Part shown: positions 19,626 to 30,700 of the stretch, piece after piece
Position numbering within the stretch: position 1 is the stretch's first letter
How the letters are laid out: every line of letters starts with the position of its first letter
From: an uncultured virus (IMG/VR IMGVR_UViG_3300005326_000001)
Lineage: Duplodnaviria; Heunggongvirae; Uroviricota; Caudoviricetes
Virus record (IMG/VR): IMGVR_UViG_3300005326_000001
Reading direction: 5' to 3' (one strand)
Length of the DNA stretch: 64,000 nucleotides
The notes under the pieces: generated by a model
The model's input: the letters and a program-made list of their open reading frames with translations, nothing else
What the model was told of the DNA's origin: nothing
Database searches by the model: none
Made by a program: the position numbers and the translations under genes

Positions 19626-20306
19626 ATGGCAAACATAACAAAAGCCAATTTATTGGCAGACATAAGAAGTTGCCTGAATGAGCCAGTTGCCAATGTGTTC
19701 TCTGACACAGAACTGTATAATTGGCTCGATGAGGCGGCACAGGAATACTCCAAACTCACGCTCGGCAAAGAAAACAGTTCCACTTTCCAACTGTCCACCT
19801 CCACAGGTTCATACACCTACGCCACCGCAGGCTGTACAAACGCCCATTCCATAGATACGATTCTTTATATGGGTCAATACGCTGTAGGCGAGGAGGGCGT
19901 GACAGAACCACTGGCTAAGGTACATCCAAGAATGAGGGGGAATATAGGTGAGGCTACGACAGGACAGCCACGTGAGTGGTATGAGATGGATAGGACTATA
20001 TATGTATATCCCACCCCTGCTTCTGGGCAAAATGGTAAATACCTGAAGGTTCTTTTCTATGACTACGCCACCGAGTATTTCACAACTGCTGGGTCTGTAT
20101 ATAATTTACAGGAACACGCACAGGAGTTTTTGATTTTCTATGTACTCGCTAAGGCTTTTGAGAAGGACGGCAAATACGGACAGGCAGTTGCTAATGAATC
20201 TATATTCAGGAGTTTCTGCGGATTCCTGAGAGAAGACAGGATAAGGAAACTTCCTGATTCCACCGATATGTTAAAACAACCAGACTTCACACAGGTTTCA
20301 AGATAG
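19626..20306 (+). CDS. Head-tail adaptor/tail ring protein 2
   Basis: IRSCLNEP...SDTELYNWLDEA, GQPREWY, IYVYPTP. Confidence 0.75.
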   Translation: MANITKANLLADIRSCLNEPVANVFSDTELYNWLDEAAQEYSKLTLGKENSSTFQLSTSTGSYTYATAGCTNAHSIDTILYMGQYAVGEEGVTEPLAKVHPRMRGNIGEATTGQPREWYEMDRTIYVYPTPASGQNGKYLKVLFYDYATEYFTTAGSVYNLQEHAQEFLIFYVLAKAFEKDGKYGQAVANESIFRSFCGFLREDRIRKLPDSTDMLKQPDFTQVSR

Positions 20307-20317
20307 GAGGGCTTTAA

Positions 20318-21265
20318 ATGGCTGCTATAGCTAAGACTGCAATGCTGGCGAGAGTCAAGAAGGCTCTCAATGAACCGACAACCAGACTGGACACGGAAAT
20401 AAACAGGTGGATCGACAGGGGCGCAAGACAGACCTCCGCACTTTCACGTGGGGATATTGTCAAGGAAACAGTGACCACCAGATATAACCAGATACCCTAT
20501 ACATTGTCTAATGACTTTATCGAGATACACTCGGTTATTGCCGATACCTCTGGTGCTGGGCTTAGAAGGCACACGTCACTACAGACCGCACAGGGGTTAA
20601 ATGGTTATGATGATGATGGTGTAGCCAAGGGGTATTTCTACTGGGGTGATGAACTGTTTCTGTTCCCCATGGTAAGTAAGGATAGCTTTGTGATAGGGGC
20701 GAGCAATAAGGTGATAATACTGACCTATGATAGTAGCCCAGTGACTTTCACATTAACAGAAGATACATATACTGCGGATGAATTGTGTGCCGAAATGGTT
20801 GATCAGATGGACGAGACATTCGATGCGGCTGTTACATTCAGTACAGTAACAGGCAAATTTACTATCGCAAATCAGGATACGCCAGACTTATTGGGTGGGT
20901 ATATTAACACATCCAGCACATTAGGTGCGACCATCGGGCTTACCGCAAGCCAAGCGACATCACCAGTTGTTTCCGATACCAATATCCCCGTTGGTACTGT
21001 TGACGTATACGGCTATAAGGTTGTAGCCGATTATGGCGGTGCTGGCGTGGAGACACTTTCTGATTACCTCCAGAACCTATGTCAGGATTATGTTCTTTCC
21101 TGTGCCTATACAAAACTCGGCAGACATGGTATGGCTGGAAGATATATGCAGAAGTATATGGGACTTATCAACCAGTATCGTGGTGACATATACGACCCGA
21201 CCAAGATAGCAAATTCACTCGACCAATTCAGGTGGGCTGACAGAACACAGACTGTGGGGCAGTAG
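20318..21265 (+). CDS. Head-tail adaptor/tail ring protein 3 with inserted domain
   Basis: VKKALNEP..EINRWID, YTL, LFLFP, AGRYMQKY. Confidence 0.7.
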   Translation: MAAIAKTAMLARVKKALNEPTTRLDTEINRWIDRGARQTSALSRGDIVKETVTTRYNQIPYTLSNDFIEIHSVIADTSGAGLRRHTSLQTAQGLNGYDDDGVAKGYFYWGDELFLFPMVSKDSFVIGASNKVIILTYDSSPVTFTLTEDTYTADELCAEMVDQMDETFDAAVTFSTVTGKFTIANQDTPDLLGGYINTSSTLGATIGLTASQATSPVVSDTNIPVGTVDVYGYKVVADYGGAGVETLSDYLQNLCQDYVLSCAYTKLGRHGMAGRYMQKYMGLINQYRGDIYDPTKIANSLDQFRWADRTQTVGQ

Positions 21266-24200
21266 TGGCTAAGTACGGTAATCCTCCAATTCAGGAAGCT
21301 GTACAGTTGAAACCACAAGAAAACAGGATAGACCCGCAACTGGCAGTATCCCCAGACACATATATAGCACAGCAGGTTATCCCCTCTGGAAGCCTGAATG
21401 GGGATATTGTTGTTCCTCCCGATACAGTAAATATACAGAATGTTGTCCCCTCAAGACCTGTGAACCCAGATATAGTTATTGCGCAGGACACTGTAAATAT
21501 ACAGAGCATTAATCCGCCTAATCAGGTCGATACGGATATTCCCATTGCCCCTGATACCGTAAATATACAGATACCCCAGTCTGCACAGATAAACCCAGAT
21601 ATAATAATACCCGAAGAAACACCGAGAACCACACTGGAACAGAGGTTCGGGGGTCAGTGGATTCCATCAGAGGATGCCCTGAATATAGGCATTGAGAACT
21701 ATTCGGAACTGGAAAACTTCCGCTATAAGGGTACGTCCTTGGAGGGCGTGGGCGGATTTACTATAAGGGCTACAGATACTGCGGTAGGCGTGACTAATGG
21801 CATACAGCACGTGTCCAGTTATGACGACAATTCTCTGGTGGTGCAGACAATTAACGACTCTGATTCTGCAAGACATATCAAACAGTTACAGTTGGACGGG
21901 TTTGCGGTATATGCACCCCATACAGTCTTAGACATTTATAAGAAGGTGGGCAGTACTTGGTCTGTTGGCAATGTAGCAATAACTGCGGGGGTTTATTCAC
22001 CCACAGAAATGGCTGCCGAGATTGTGACAAGGGTAAACGCTGCGCTCGGAATAACTGTCACATGCACATACTCGACTACAACCAATAAATTCACCATAAC
22101 CAAAACAGTGGGCACGATAGACGGTATAAAAATACTTGTCAATACAAGCACATACGATACTGGATTCGCTAAACTTATAGGATTTACAGCAGACCAGACA
22201 GACGAGGCTGGGACACTGGAACTCGTGAGTGACACCGCCTGTGTGTTTAATGGATATGATACATGGACAGATTTATACACAGAAAATGCCAGTGCTGGTC
22301 TTGCGAGAATGGCGGTACTCCCAAGAGAAACAATAGGTATATGTGACGGAATGGATAATCTGGTATGGAGTGGTGACAGGATGCCAGTGGGGGCGTTTCT
22401 TGTCGGTCAGTTTGGGACGAATGCAGTTAAGGCATCGGCAAACAATAATGACCTTGAATTTACAAGTAGCGAGGGTACGGCAACTATAGCAGTTCCAGAT
22501 AAAGATGACTATACGATGGACGAATATGCCCAAGCTATAGAGGACGCAATGAATGGAAGTAGCACCTTGACTGGCACTGGGACTATAGATTTTACTGTGA
22601 ATGGTGGATGTGGGAAACTAGTAATTGAAGCAAGCACAGGGACAATCGCAAAGACATTGAATGGCGATGGGACTGGAACTGCTGGGTTTTTGCGGGCTGC
22701 AACGGCTACCAGTAAAATATACGCCCAAGCATTTGCTATTGTGGGGTATCCATATTGGAGGGGTGGTATTAATGGTGATGGGCTACATGACAAAACAACT
22801 ATAATGTCAAACGACCTCACTGATTCTGAAAATATATGGGAAGTGTTAAGTTCCACTACCCACAATTATTTTATGGTTGGAAGCACAAGGCAGTTGTCGG
22901 GTGTGTACTTTACCATAAACGGGACTGACGTGAATGAGGCAGTGTCAACGATGTCCTGTAAATACTTTGATGGAGAAAAACTTGTTGAATTTCAAAACTT
23001 TACCGATGGGACAATAACTGGCACAAACCCCAATTTTGTGTCACTTGGACAGAGTGGTGAATATGAGTTTACTTCTGCTGCCGAAATAGCACTTGCCAAA
23101 CCCATGTATTTAAACGGACACATGCTTTACTTTTATATGTTTGAAATAACTGCCGTGTCTGGTAATCCCAAACTAAAAAGAGTAGATGCGGTGGCGGGTG
23201 CACAAGAAGTTGGAGATTTGTGGTCTACCGAATTTATTTATCCTATTTATTGTGAGTATAACACTGGCGGGACAACACTAAATGCTAAAACAGGTAAGAA
23301 TTATACCTTAGAAGCGAGGCAGGAGTCCTATTCATCCCAAACGGGTGGGTATGTATTTCCCAAAGAGGGGTTTAGTAATGACAGCCCATATACAAATATC
23401 ATAAACCTTATTTTTGAACACCCAATAACCGCACTGAAATTGAGATTATTTTCTAAGGAGGCTGGTACACAAGCTGGTTATATAGTGGTAAGATACAGTG
23501 CCCCCATAGCTGGTGTTGTGATAACAGACCCGTTTACTGAAACTATCGTCTATTATAATGAAACGGGCGTACAGTCGCAAATGGTTGAGGACGGTGTAGT
23601 TGCTTGGAATCAGCCGACAACAATACGAAAAACAACATATAATGGCATAACTGGATATGTTTATCAGCTTTATTGGAATGATAGCTCTGGATATTACAAT
23701 TTTTCTAGCGAGTTACAGATTGACACTATTGCAGGTATTCCAGCCCCCAGAACTTTAGATAAACCCTATACCTTCCCCTTCTCTTTCCAGAACCGTGCCA
23801 TGTGGTGCGGATCGATTTCTGACAAGGAATTAAACCGAATAGACTACTCTGCATCTAACGCACCAGATGTCTATAACGGGACAGATTCAAGCGGATATGA
23901 TAACATAAGGTCTCTATATATTGGCGGGCGGGATGCCCTCACTGGGGCGGTCGAGCTTTACAATCAATTAGGACAGGAAGTCCAGACTGTAGCCCTGTTA
24001 TATAAGAATACCGAGACATATCTGCTTGCGGGTAACACTCCAGATACATTCATGGTATACAAGGTATCTGATAACATCGGCTGTCCCGCCCCTCTTACTA
24101 TCGCAACAGCAGAAGTAGCCTTCCAGACACAGAACGGTCGCCCCGAAAACCTTGCGATATGGCTTTCGGATAAGTCGCCAGTAATGTTCGTGGGTAACTC

Positions 24201-24894
24201 TATATACCCGATAAGAGGAGTCGAGCCTTACTTTGACCCCTCAAATTCTCTCTGCATAAACAGGAACTATATACATGTTGCCAGAGGATGGTTTGATTCC
24301 ACATACAATGAATATAACCTGCTTATCCCCTCTGGGGTGGGACAGACCACCAATAACCTGTGGCTTGTCCTTGACGTGGTTAGAATGAGGTGGTATGTGA
24401 AAGAACCCACTGTATACCCTGCGGGTGCGTTTCCGTCAGAGGATGCCAACGGATTTAAACTGGAATACGGCCACACCACCACAGGCGAACTTCTGCAACT
24501 GGAGGACGGACTTTATTGGAGCGGAACAAACAAGATAACAAATACAGTTACAACCTCTGATATTTTACCCCTTAAAACCTCGTGGGCGGAGTCTCTTATC
24601 ACAAGGTTTAAGGCACTATTCAAGACCAATACAGAAGGCACACTCACGGTTAACCACTATGCCAACGGGTCAACAACCGCCACAGCGTCTTCTAATCTGC
24701 CGAGCGACAAGACCATGGCGGATTCTGGGTATAGGACAAGGAATCTTATAAACAATGTGAACCTTACTGGGTTGTCTCATAAGTTTGAATTTATCACAGA
24801 GGATTGTACTGTCACTAAGCCCACCCTGATAGGATGGGGTGCAGTAGTACAGGAACATAGAGAAGACGTAATAGATAAAGCATACAAATCGTAG
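21265..24894 (+). CDS. Tail nozzle/stabilisation protein (predicted beta-propeller)
   Basis: 1209 aa after adaptors; LENF, SDNIGC.AP.TI, IWLSDK. Confidence 0.75.
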   Translation: MAKYGNPPIQEAVQLKPQENRIDPQLAVSPDTYIAQQVIPSGSLNGDIVVPPDTVNIQNVVPSRPVNPDIVIAQDTVNIQSINPPNQVDTDIPIAPDTVNIQIPQSAQINPDIIIPEETPRTTLEQRFGGQWIPSEDALNIGIENYSELENFRYKGTSLEGVGGFTIRATDTAVGVTNGIQHVSSYDDNSLVVQTINDSDSARHIKQLQLDGFAVYAPHTVLDIYKKVGSTWSVGNVAITAGVYSPTEMAAEIVTRVNAALGITVTCTYSTTTNKFTITKTVGTIDGIKILVNTSTYDTGFAKLIGFTADQTDEAGTLELVSDTACVFNGYDTWTDLYTENASAGLARMAVLPRETIGICDGMDNLVWSGDRMPVGAFLVGQFGTNAVKASANNNDLEFTSSEGTATIAVPDKDDYTMDEYAQAIEDAMNGSSTLTGTGTIDFTVNGGCGKLVIEASTGTIAKTLNGDGTGTAGFLRAATATSKIYAQAFAIVGYPYWRGGINGDGLHDKTTIMSNDLTDSENIWEVLSSTTHNYFMVGSTRQLSGVYFTINGTDVNEAVSTMSCKYFDGEKLVEFQNFTDGTITGTNPNFVSLGQSGEYEFTSAAEIALAKPMYLNGHMLYFYMFEITAVSGNPKLKRVDAVAGAQEVGDLWSTEFIYPIYCEYNTGGTTLNAKTGKNYTLEARQESYSSQTGGYVFPKEGFSNDSPYTNIINLIFEHPITALKLRLFSKEAGTQAGYIVVRYSAPIAGVVITDPFTETIVYYNETGVQSQMVEDGVVAWNQPTTIRKTTYNGITGYVYQLYWNDSSGYYNFSSELQIDTIAGIPAPRTLDKPYTFPFSFQNRAMWCGSISDKELNRIDYSASNAPDVYNGTDSSGYDNIRSLYIGGRDALTGAVELYNQLGQEVQTVALLYKNTETYLLAGNTPDTFMVYKVSDNIGCPAPLTIATAEVAFQTQNGRPENLAIWLSDKSPVMFVGNSIYPIRGVEPYFDPSNSLCINRNYIHVARGWFDSTYNEYNLLIPSGVGQTTNNLWLVLDVVRMRWYVKEPTVYPAGAFPSEDANGFKLEYGHTTTGELLQLEDGLYWSGTNKITNTVTTSDILPLKTSWAESLITRFKALFKTNTEGTLTVNHYANGSTTATASSNLPSDKTMADSGYRTRNLINNVNLTGLSHKFEFITEDCTVTKPTLIGWGAVVQEHREDVIDKAYKS
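21325..21620 (+). repeat. About five 22-aa coding repeats (PDIxIxxDTVNIQ)
   Basis: GTAAATATACAG recurs at 66-bp spacing. Confidence 0.8.
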
Positions 24895-24904
24895 GAGGGG
24901 AATT

Positions 24905-25366
24905 ATGCCGTTAGAGGATCAGTATTACAGGGGATTACAGAGGGGTCTCGCTGTTCGCCCCGAACAGTCGGCAGTCCCTCAATTAGGCGGTTTGGCGGGC
25001 GGATATGGACAGGCACAGTTAGGTAATTACGCCAATACCATGAACAGGGATACCCAGATTACAGGGCTAAGGAATCAACTGGCAGACGAAAGAATGTTCC
25101 AGAAAGAGGCAAGGGGCGAAAACAGGATGGCTACCGCAATAGGCGTGGGTAATTTTGGATTGACTGGCTACCAGATGGTGGAAGCCCAGAGGGAAAGGGA
25201 AAGACAGGAAATGGAACATAAGAAAACACAGGCTTACTATAAAGCATTAAATAAAGCACTTGAGGACTGGGCAGATAAAATGACCAAGACCCTCCAGCAA
25301 CCCGTGGCACCACTGTGGGATAACATACCATATAAGTTGCCCACCACAACAATAGGAGGGAGGTAA
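24905..25366 (+). CDS. Probable internal virion/ejection protein
   Basis: Q/G/A-rich helical; position after nozzle. Confidence 0.6.
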   Translation: MPLEDQYYRGLQRGLAVRPEQSAVPQLGGLAGGYGQAQLGNYANTMNRDTQITGLRNQLADERMFQKEARGENRMATAIGVGNFGLTGYQMVEAQRERERQEMEHKKTQAYYKALNKALEDWADKMTKTLQQPVAPLWDNIPYKLPTTTIGGR

Positions 25367-25367
25367 T

Positions 25368-26429
25368 ATGCCTTTACAGAATGACAGATATTCATTACTG
25401 CCTCAACAGGGCGTGTTTTCCCCCCAGCTTCGGGCTACGACAGGTATGTCGCCAAGACTCTCCTACGGGGATTACCTTGAGGGGGCAAGCCAAGCACTTC
25501 CGGCTATATACGCAGCCGAGGAACAGAAACGACTCGCAGACGAACAGAGGAAATTACAACTTGACCAGATGAACGCCATTAGAAGTCAGGCAAGAACGGG
25601 TCTGGCTATCGAGGGTGCGAATACACTCTATCAGGTACCCGCAATACAGAGCAGGGTCAATCAAGGCGTAGGACTCGCTGCCAATACAATAGCGAATCAG
25701 TTTAAACCAATTAATACTGGGGTCACTGAAAGCACGGGTGCTTTGATTGAATACCCAGTAATGGAGCCGTCTCCTGTTAATCAGGCAATAGGTAGTGCGA
25801 AGGGGTTTATGAATACACCAGTTTCCGCAGGAACATCCCTAACAAGAGTACAGGCACTTGGCAGTACCGTAGGTGGCTATTCGACTGGCACAATGTTTAG
25901 CCCCACAGGAATCGCAAGAGGATTCGGGGAAGAGGCACAGGAGGCAATGGGATTCGGTGGCAAGAAGGAATGGAACACGGTAGGCGGTGCCTTGTCGGGT
26001 GCTGCCTCTGGTTTTGTAACCTCTGGGTTTAATCCTGTAGGTGCTCTTGTAGGGCTTGTATCTGGTGCTGTAGGTTCACGAAATAAGGTGGGTTGCATAA
26101 TAGTTACCGCCTGTACGGATAAAAACAGCTATGAAGTGAAAATAACCCGTGAATTTAGGGATAAGTATATGGACAATATGTCACTTCGTGGTTATTATAT
26201 GATAGCCGAACAGATAGTTCCGCTTATACAGAAGTATGGATGGTTCAAAAAGTTTATAAAGAGGAATCTTGTGGACAGACTTGTGGATGTAGGCGAATAC
26301 GTTTTGGGCAAGAAGGAAGAAAAACCCAAGATTCTTTCCAGAATAGTTACATGGTCGTTCCTTAAAATGTGCAGAATCACGGGGGCGACAAGGCGTGAGT
26401 TCGTGAGATGCACAGGGGAGGCTATATAA
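25368..26429 (+). CDS. Probable ejection protein with glycine zipper and CFI-box-CTERM-like C-terminus
   Basis: GGALSGAASG...GALVGLVSGAVG then GCIIVTAC.....EV...REFRDKY......GYY. Confidence 0.7.
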   Translation: MPLQNDRYSLLPQQGVFSPQLRATTGMSPRLSYGDYLEGASQALPAIYAAEEQKRLADEQRKLQLDQMNAIRSQARTGLAIEGANTLYQVPAIQSRVNQGVGLAANTIANQFKPINTGVTESTGALIEYPVMEPSPVNQAIGSAKGFMNTPVSAGTSLTRVQALGSTVGGYSTGTMFSPTGIARGFGEEAQEAMGFGGKKEWNTVGGALSGAASGFVTSGFNPVGALVGLVSGAVGSRNKVGCIIVTACTDKNSYEVKITREFRDKYMDNMSLRGYYMIAEQIVPLIQKYGWFKKFIKRNLVDRLVDVGEYVLGKKEEKPKILSRIVTWSFLKMCRITGATRREFVRCTGEAI

Positions 26430-27784
26430 TGAATTATCCCTATGGAGCAGTAACACAGGCACTTGGAAATACACAGAATATCCTTCGTGATATAGCTGAT
26501 AGAAAAACTGCCGAACAAGCCAGAAGACAGGCTAATGAACTTAACTATGCCCAACTTGGGCTACAGGCTCAACAGATGCAAGCCCAGCAACAGGTGGGTC
26601 TGGCACAGGCTCAAAACCAGATGGCACAGCAGACACTCGCAAACCAGATGGATAACAGGAGGCTTGGCATACAAGAGGGGTCAGCCAATGCAGAAAATGC
26701 ATGGAGGCAGTCAGAGATAGACTATAGGACGAACATGGCTCGTGTCGGCACACCAGAGAGTTTTTCTATGGAAACATTCCAAAAACTCACGGGCGATCCC
26801 AAACAAGCCTCTGCCATGTGGGGGGAGATTTCCAAGAATCCCAAGGTTGCCAATATAGCTCGGATTCCAATGACGTTTGAAACATACAATAAGGAAATAG
26901 GTGATATACTAAAAGCAGTCAATGCAGACCCAGATGCATCGCTGATGAAACAAAGGGAACAGGCACTTGCAGAACTTCACCAGATGGCTAAACCTTTTAC
27001 TGGGAATGTGCCAATAAACCAGCATACGCCAGAATTTCTAACCATAGCCAGAACAGCCCTTAAATATGGGATGGTACCACTAATCTCAACCACCCCATCA
27101 GAGGAAGGGAATATAAGCTATATAACATTTGGGGACGCAAGCCAGCAAGACGTTATGAGGATAAACGACATAGCAGTGAGAACACAGTTCCCGCAGTTAA
27201 TCGTAACCAAGGACGATACAGAGAAACAGGAACAATGGAAAGATAATATTGCGAGCGCGCTTATCCAAGGGTGGACTCTTCAGGATGCCACAGAAAAATA
27301 TGGTTCACAACCGCAAGCAGATAAGGGGTTCTTTGGAACATTGTTTGGCGGGCTGGCAAATAAAGAAAACCAGCCACAACAACTTTCTCCCCTACAGTCT
27401 TATAAACAGTCAATAAACCAACAGCCATCCAATATTAATATGGCAACTGGATATGAAAAGGGCGACAATCCAATAGGACTTGGCGTAAAAGCAGCTAAGA
27501 GTGGCATAGGATTGGCTGTACAGGGAGTGGGCAAGGCACATGATTTTTATGTGAATGGTGAATATGAAACACTTATAAATGTAAATAAATTAGGTCAGAC
27601 TCCACGGGTAGCTATACCGCTTAATAATCCTGCTGATATAAGGTTACCAGCCATAAAAGTGGGTTCTTATGTTTATGATGGTACTACGGATACTAATGGT
27701 AGGTTGGTAGCCAAGCAGGTGGTCAATGAGGGTGGACAAAAAATAGCCAAGCCAATCCCACAATTCTCATTGGGGAACAGATAA
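26429..27784 (+). CDS. Probable ejection protein (Q-rich N-terminus)
   Basis: Likely start MNYPYG coupled to the upstream stop. Confidence 0.6.
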   Translation: MNYPYGAVTQALGNTQNILRDIADRKTAEQARRQANELNYAQLGLQAQQMQAQQQVGLAQAQNQMAQQTLANQMDNRRLGIQEGSANAENAWRQSEIDYRTNMARVGTPESFSMETFQKLTGDPKQASAMWGEISKNPKVANIARIPMTFETYNKEIGDILKAVNADPDASLMKQREQALAELHQMAKPFTGNVPINQHTPEFLTIARTALKYGMVPLISTTPSEEGNISYITFGDASQQDVMRINDIAVRTQFPQLIVTKDDTEKQEQWKDNIASALIQGWTLQDATEKYGSQPQADKGFFGTLFGGLANKENQPQQLSPLQSYKQSINQQPSNINMATGYEKGDNPIGLGVKAAKSGIGLAVQGVGKAHDFYVNGEYETLINVNKLGQTPRVAIPLNNPADIRLPAIKVGSYVYDGTTDTNGRLVAKQVVNEGGQKIAKPIPQFSLGNR

Positions 27785-30700
27785 ATGCCAGATAAACCAG
27801 AACTGAAATATGATGGTAGCTATTTAAAGCAGTTACGTGAGTATTATGAACCGCCCGCCCCAGAGCAGAAACCCTCTACTGGCGAGTTCCTTAAGGATAC
27901 TGCTGGTCAGGTGGGTCTTGCTGGCACTGGTGCGATTTTAAGAACCTTTCGCGGGGCAGACCAAGACGTGACCAGTAACACGCTTACAGATGAGCTAATC
28001 CAGTATACAGATACCGCAAGCGAAAATTACCTTCAGAAATACAACACTCCCCAGTCTGGTCTGCTAAGGCGTGAGATTGCCAAGACAGCCCCCTCAATCG
28101 GATATAGTGTAGGTACTATGGGTGCGGGTCTTGCCTCTGGCTTGGTAGCGGGTGCCCCGGTGGGTCTGGCGGTAGCTTCTGGCGTTGCGTTCCGAGCCAC
28201 AAGGGTACAGAAACTCGATGAACTGTACAAGGTAATAAATGACAGTTTCAAAAAAGAACGTGGACGCCCCATGTCTAACGAGGAGTGGAAACAGGCTGTA
28301 TATGTAAATGACCTGAATAACGAAGCGACAAAACAAGGCGCATATGAAGCATTATTTGAACTTGTAGGTGACGCACTTGGATTAAAGATTCTTCGTGGCG
28401 GTGCAAAAGTCATAGGTGGCATAGGCGGAGGTGGTGGAGGCGCGATTACTAAAACAGCAAGACTCACGCCCCTACAGCGTGTACGTTCTGGGTTTGCCAA
28501 GATGGGCGAGCTACAGTTTACCGAACAATCCACCGAACTTCCCACCAACTATATGCAGAGTTTAAGCGACTATAATATTCAACAGGCAAGCGGTTATGAC
28601 CTCGGTGCAAAAAAACCCACTGTTCTCGGTACACTTAAGGACACAGCCTCTACAGTAGGTCTTTCCACTCTTCTTCTTGGTGGTGGTGGTATGGTTGCCT
28701 CCAAGGGTTATGATATGGCTACCGGACAGCAGGTTATTCCAACCAATAAGGGCGACCTCAGAATAAACAAGATTGAACAGAACCTATTGAAAAATATAGG
28801 GAAAAGCATTGAGTCTGGCGAAATAACCTTGGATATGGCAAGCAATATGGCGGAGACCTATAAGAATAGCGATACTGTAGGTGATGGATTCAGGTTTTCT
28901 CTAAATGAGATGATTAAGGATTATTCCTCTGGCAAGAAAAAGATGCCTCCATGGGTAAACGTGGATGAGAAGGTCTATGATAAGGCTGTCAAGGAAGGAT
29001 TCTCTCGTGAGCAAGCAGAAGAGGTGGCTGCTAAACCTGTTGAGAAAAAGAGGGATATGGTCTATGAGAATACACCTCTCGACCAAAAAAAGACACCTAT
29101 ACTTATGCTTGACCCACAGTCTATACAATTAGACCCAGAGGTATTCCAGTTTAAAACAGAACAACAAGAACCCATAGAGGACGTATATGACCCAGCACGG
29201 GCAGGGGTTATTCTTGCATATGAGAATGAGAATGGCGAGCGGTTTGTGGTTGAGGGGCATAGGAGATTAGAACTCGCCAAGAGGGACGAAGTACCCCAGA
29301 TGCCAGTACAACTTCTTAGGTTCAAGGATGGGGTTACGGAGGAACAGGCAAAGACTTTGGGCGGTATTGCCAACATAAAGAGTGGTAATGCTGACATATA
29401 TGATACTGTGAACTTTATAAGGAATGCGGATAATGAGGCAATAAAACAACTTGGGAGCAAACCAGAAATAAGAAAAATGAAAGCCTTTGCCCAAAATGCA
29501 AGCGAACCATTATATGAAGCATTTATAAATAGGACTATACAGCCAGAAATAGCATTGGGTATTGTAAGATTATATCCCAAGAACATTGGTAAACAGAATA
29601 GTAGTCTGGAAAAATTACTTATCGCACAGATACCCGAAGTCACGCCAGTTGCCCCAATACAGGAAATGCCTATACAGACCACGCCAGAGGTTATTCCAGA
29701 AATTACCATAGAACCACAGGTACCGCCAGCAGAACCTATTCAGCCTATCGACCCGTCTATACCGCCTATATCTCCCAATATAGCTAAACAGGCTACATCT
29801 ATGGGCGAGGGACTATTGGGTGCGCCAAAACCGCAGGAGACCACACAGGAAACATGGTTGAAGTCTGTGCCTAATATGGTGGATATGGCGAATAAGGAAA
29901 CGAACGTAGTTGAACAGAACAGGATGCTTGCAAGTCTCGCCTTGGGTTTACAGGAAATAGGAGAAAAGATTTCTACGGGCGCAACTTCAAAGAAAATACT
30001 TGAGGTGGCGAAAAACAGATTAGAGAAAATAAAGAAACCTTCTAATGTTTCTGGTGTTATTGCCTCGCAAAAACTTCCAGATGAAAAGATAGATAAGGTA
30101 GCCAAGGGACTGGGGGTAAAGCCAACCATTAGGCAGAAGAAAGAACCTGTCGCAAAAACAGCAGTAGCACCAAAACCAGTGGTTACACCTACACTAGTGG
30201 CGCAAGAAGAAAGCAAATCGTTAATTGATGAAGCCAAGAAATATGATAGCGTAGAGGAGTTTATAAAAGCAGAATACGCCCCATTCTTATACGAACTGCC
30301 GATTGAATCACAGCGGGGAATATATAAAAGAGCAATAGAATCTGGAGATGTAAAAGATAGATATGGCGTGAATATTACATTTGAGGATTTTCAGTCTGCG
30401 AATGGTCTGGGATACAGATATAACCCAAAGACATTAGACGTTGCTTCATATGATGTTTTTGGCAATGACTCTACTATTATAGGAGGACAACTTGCAGACA
30501 TCTGGAACAACGCACATGAGCAAAAACTCCAAGTACAACCCAAGGAAAAACCTGTTGTAGCCCCCAAGTCGCCCAAGGCAGAAAAACCTGTCCCTGTTTC
30601 CAGTCTCAATTCTTATAAGTTTTATGCCTATAAGGGTACTGGTGCTTTTGCTTTCTGGATTGAGGTTGACGCTAAGAATGAGAAAGATGCGGAGAAGTTG

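Noticed and set aside
21325..21620. CRISPR-like 66-bp periodicity
   Set aside because: In-frame degenerate protein repeats, with no unique spacers or cas genes
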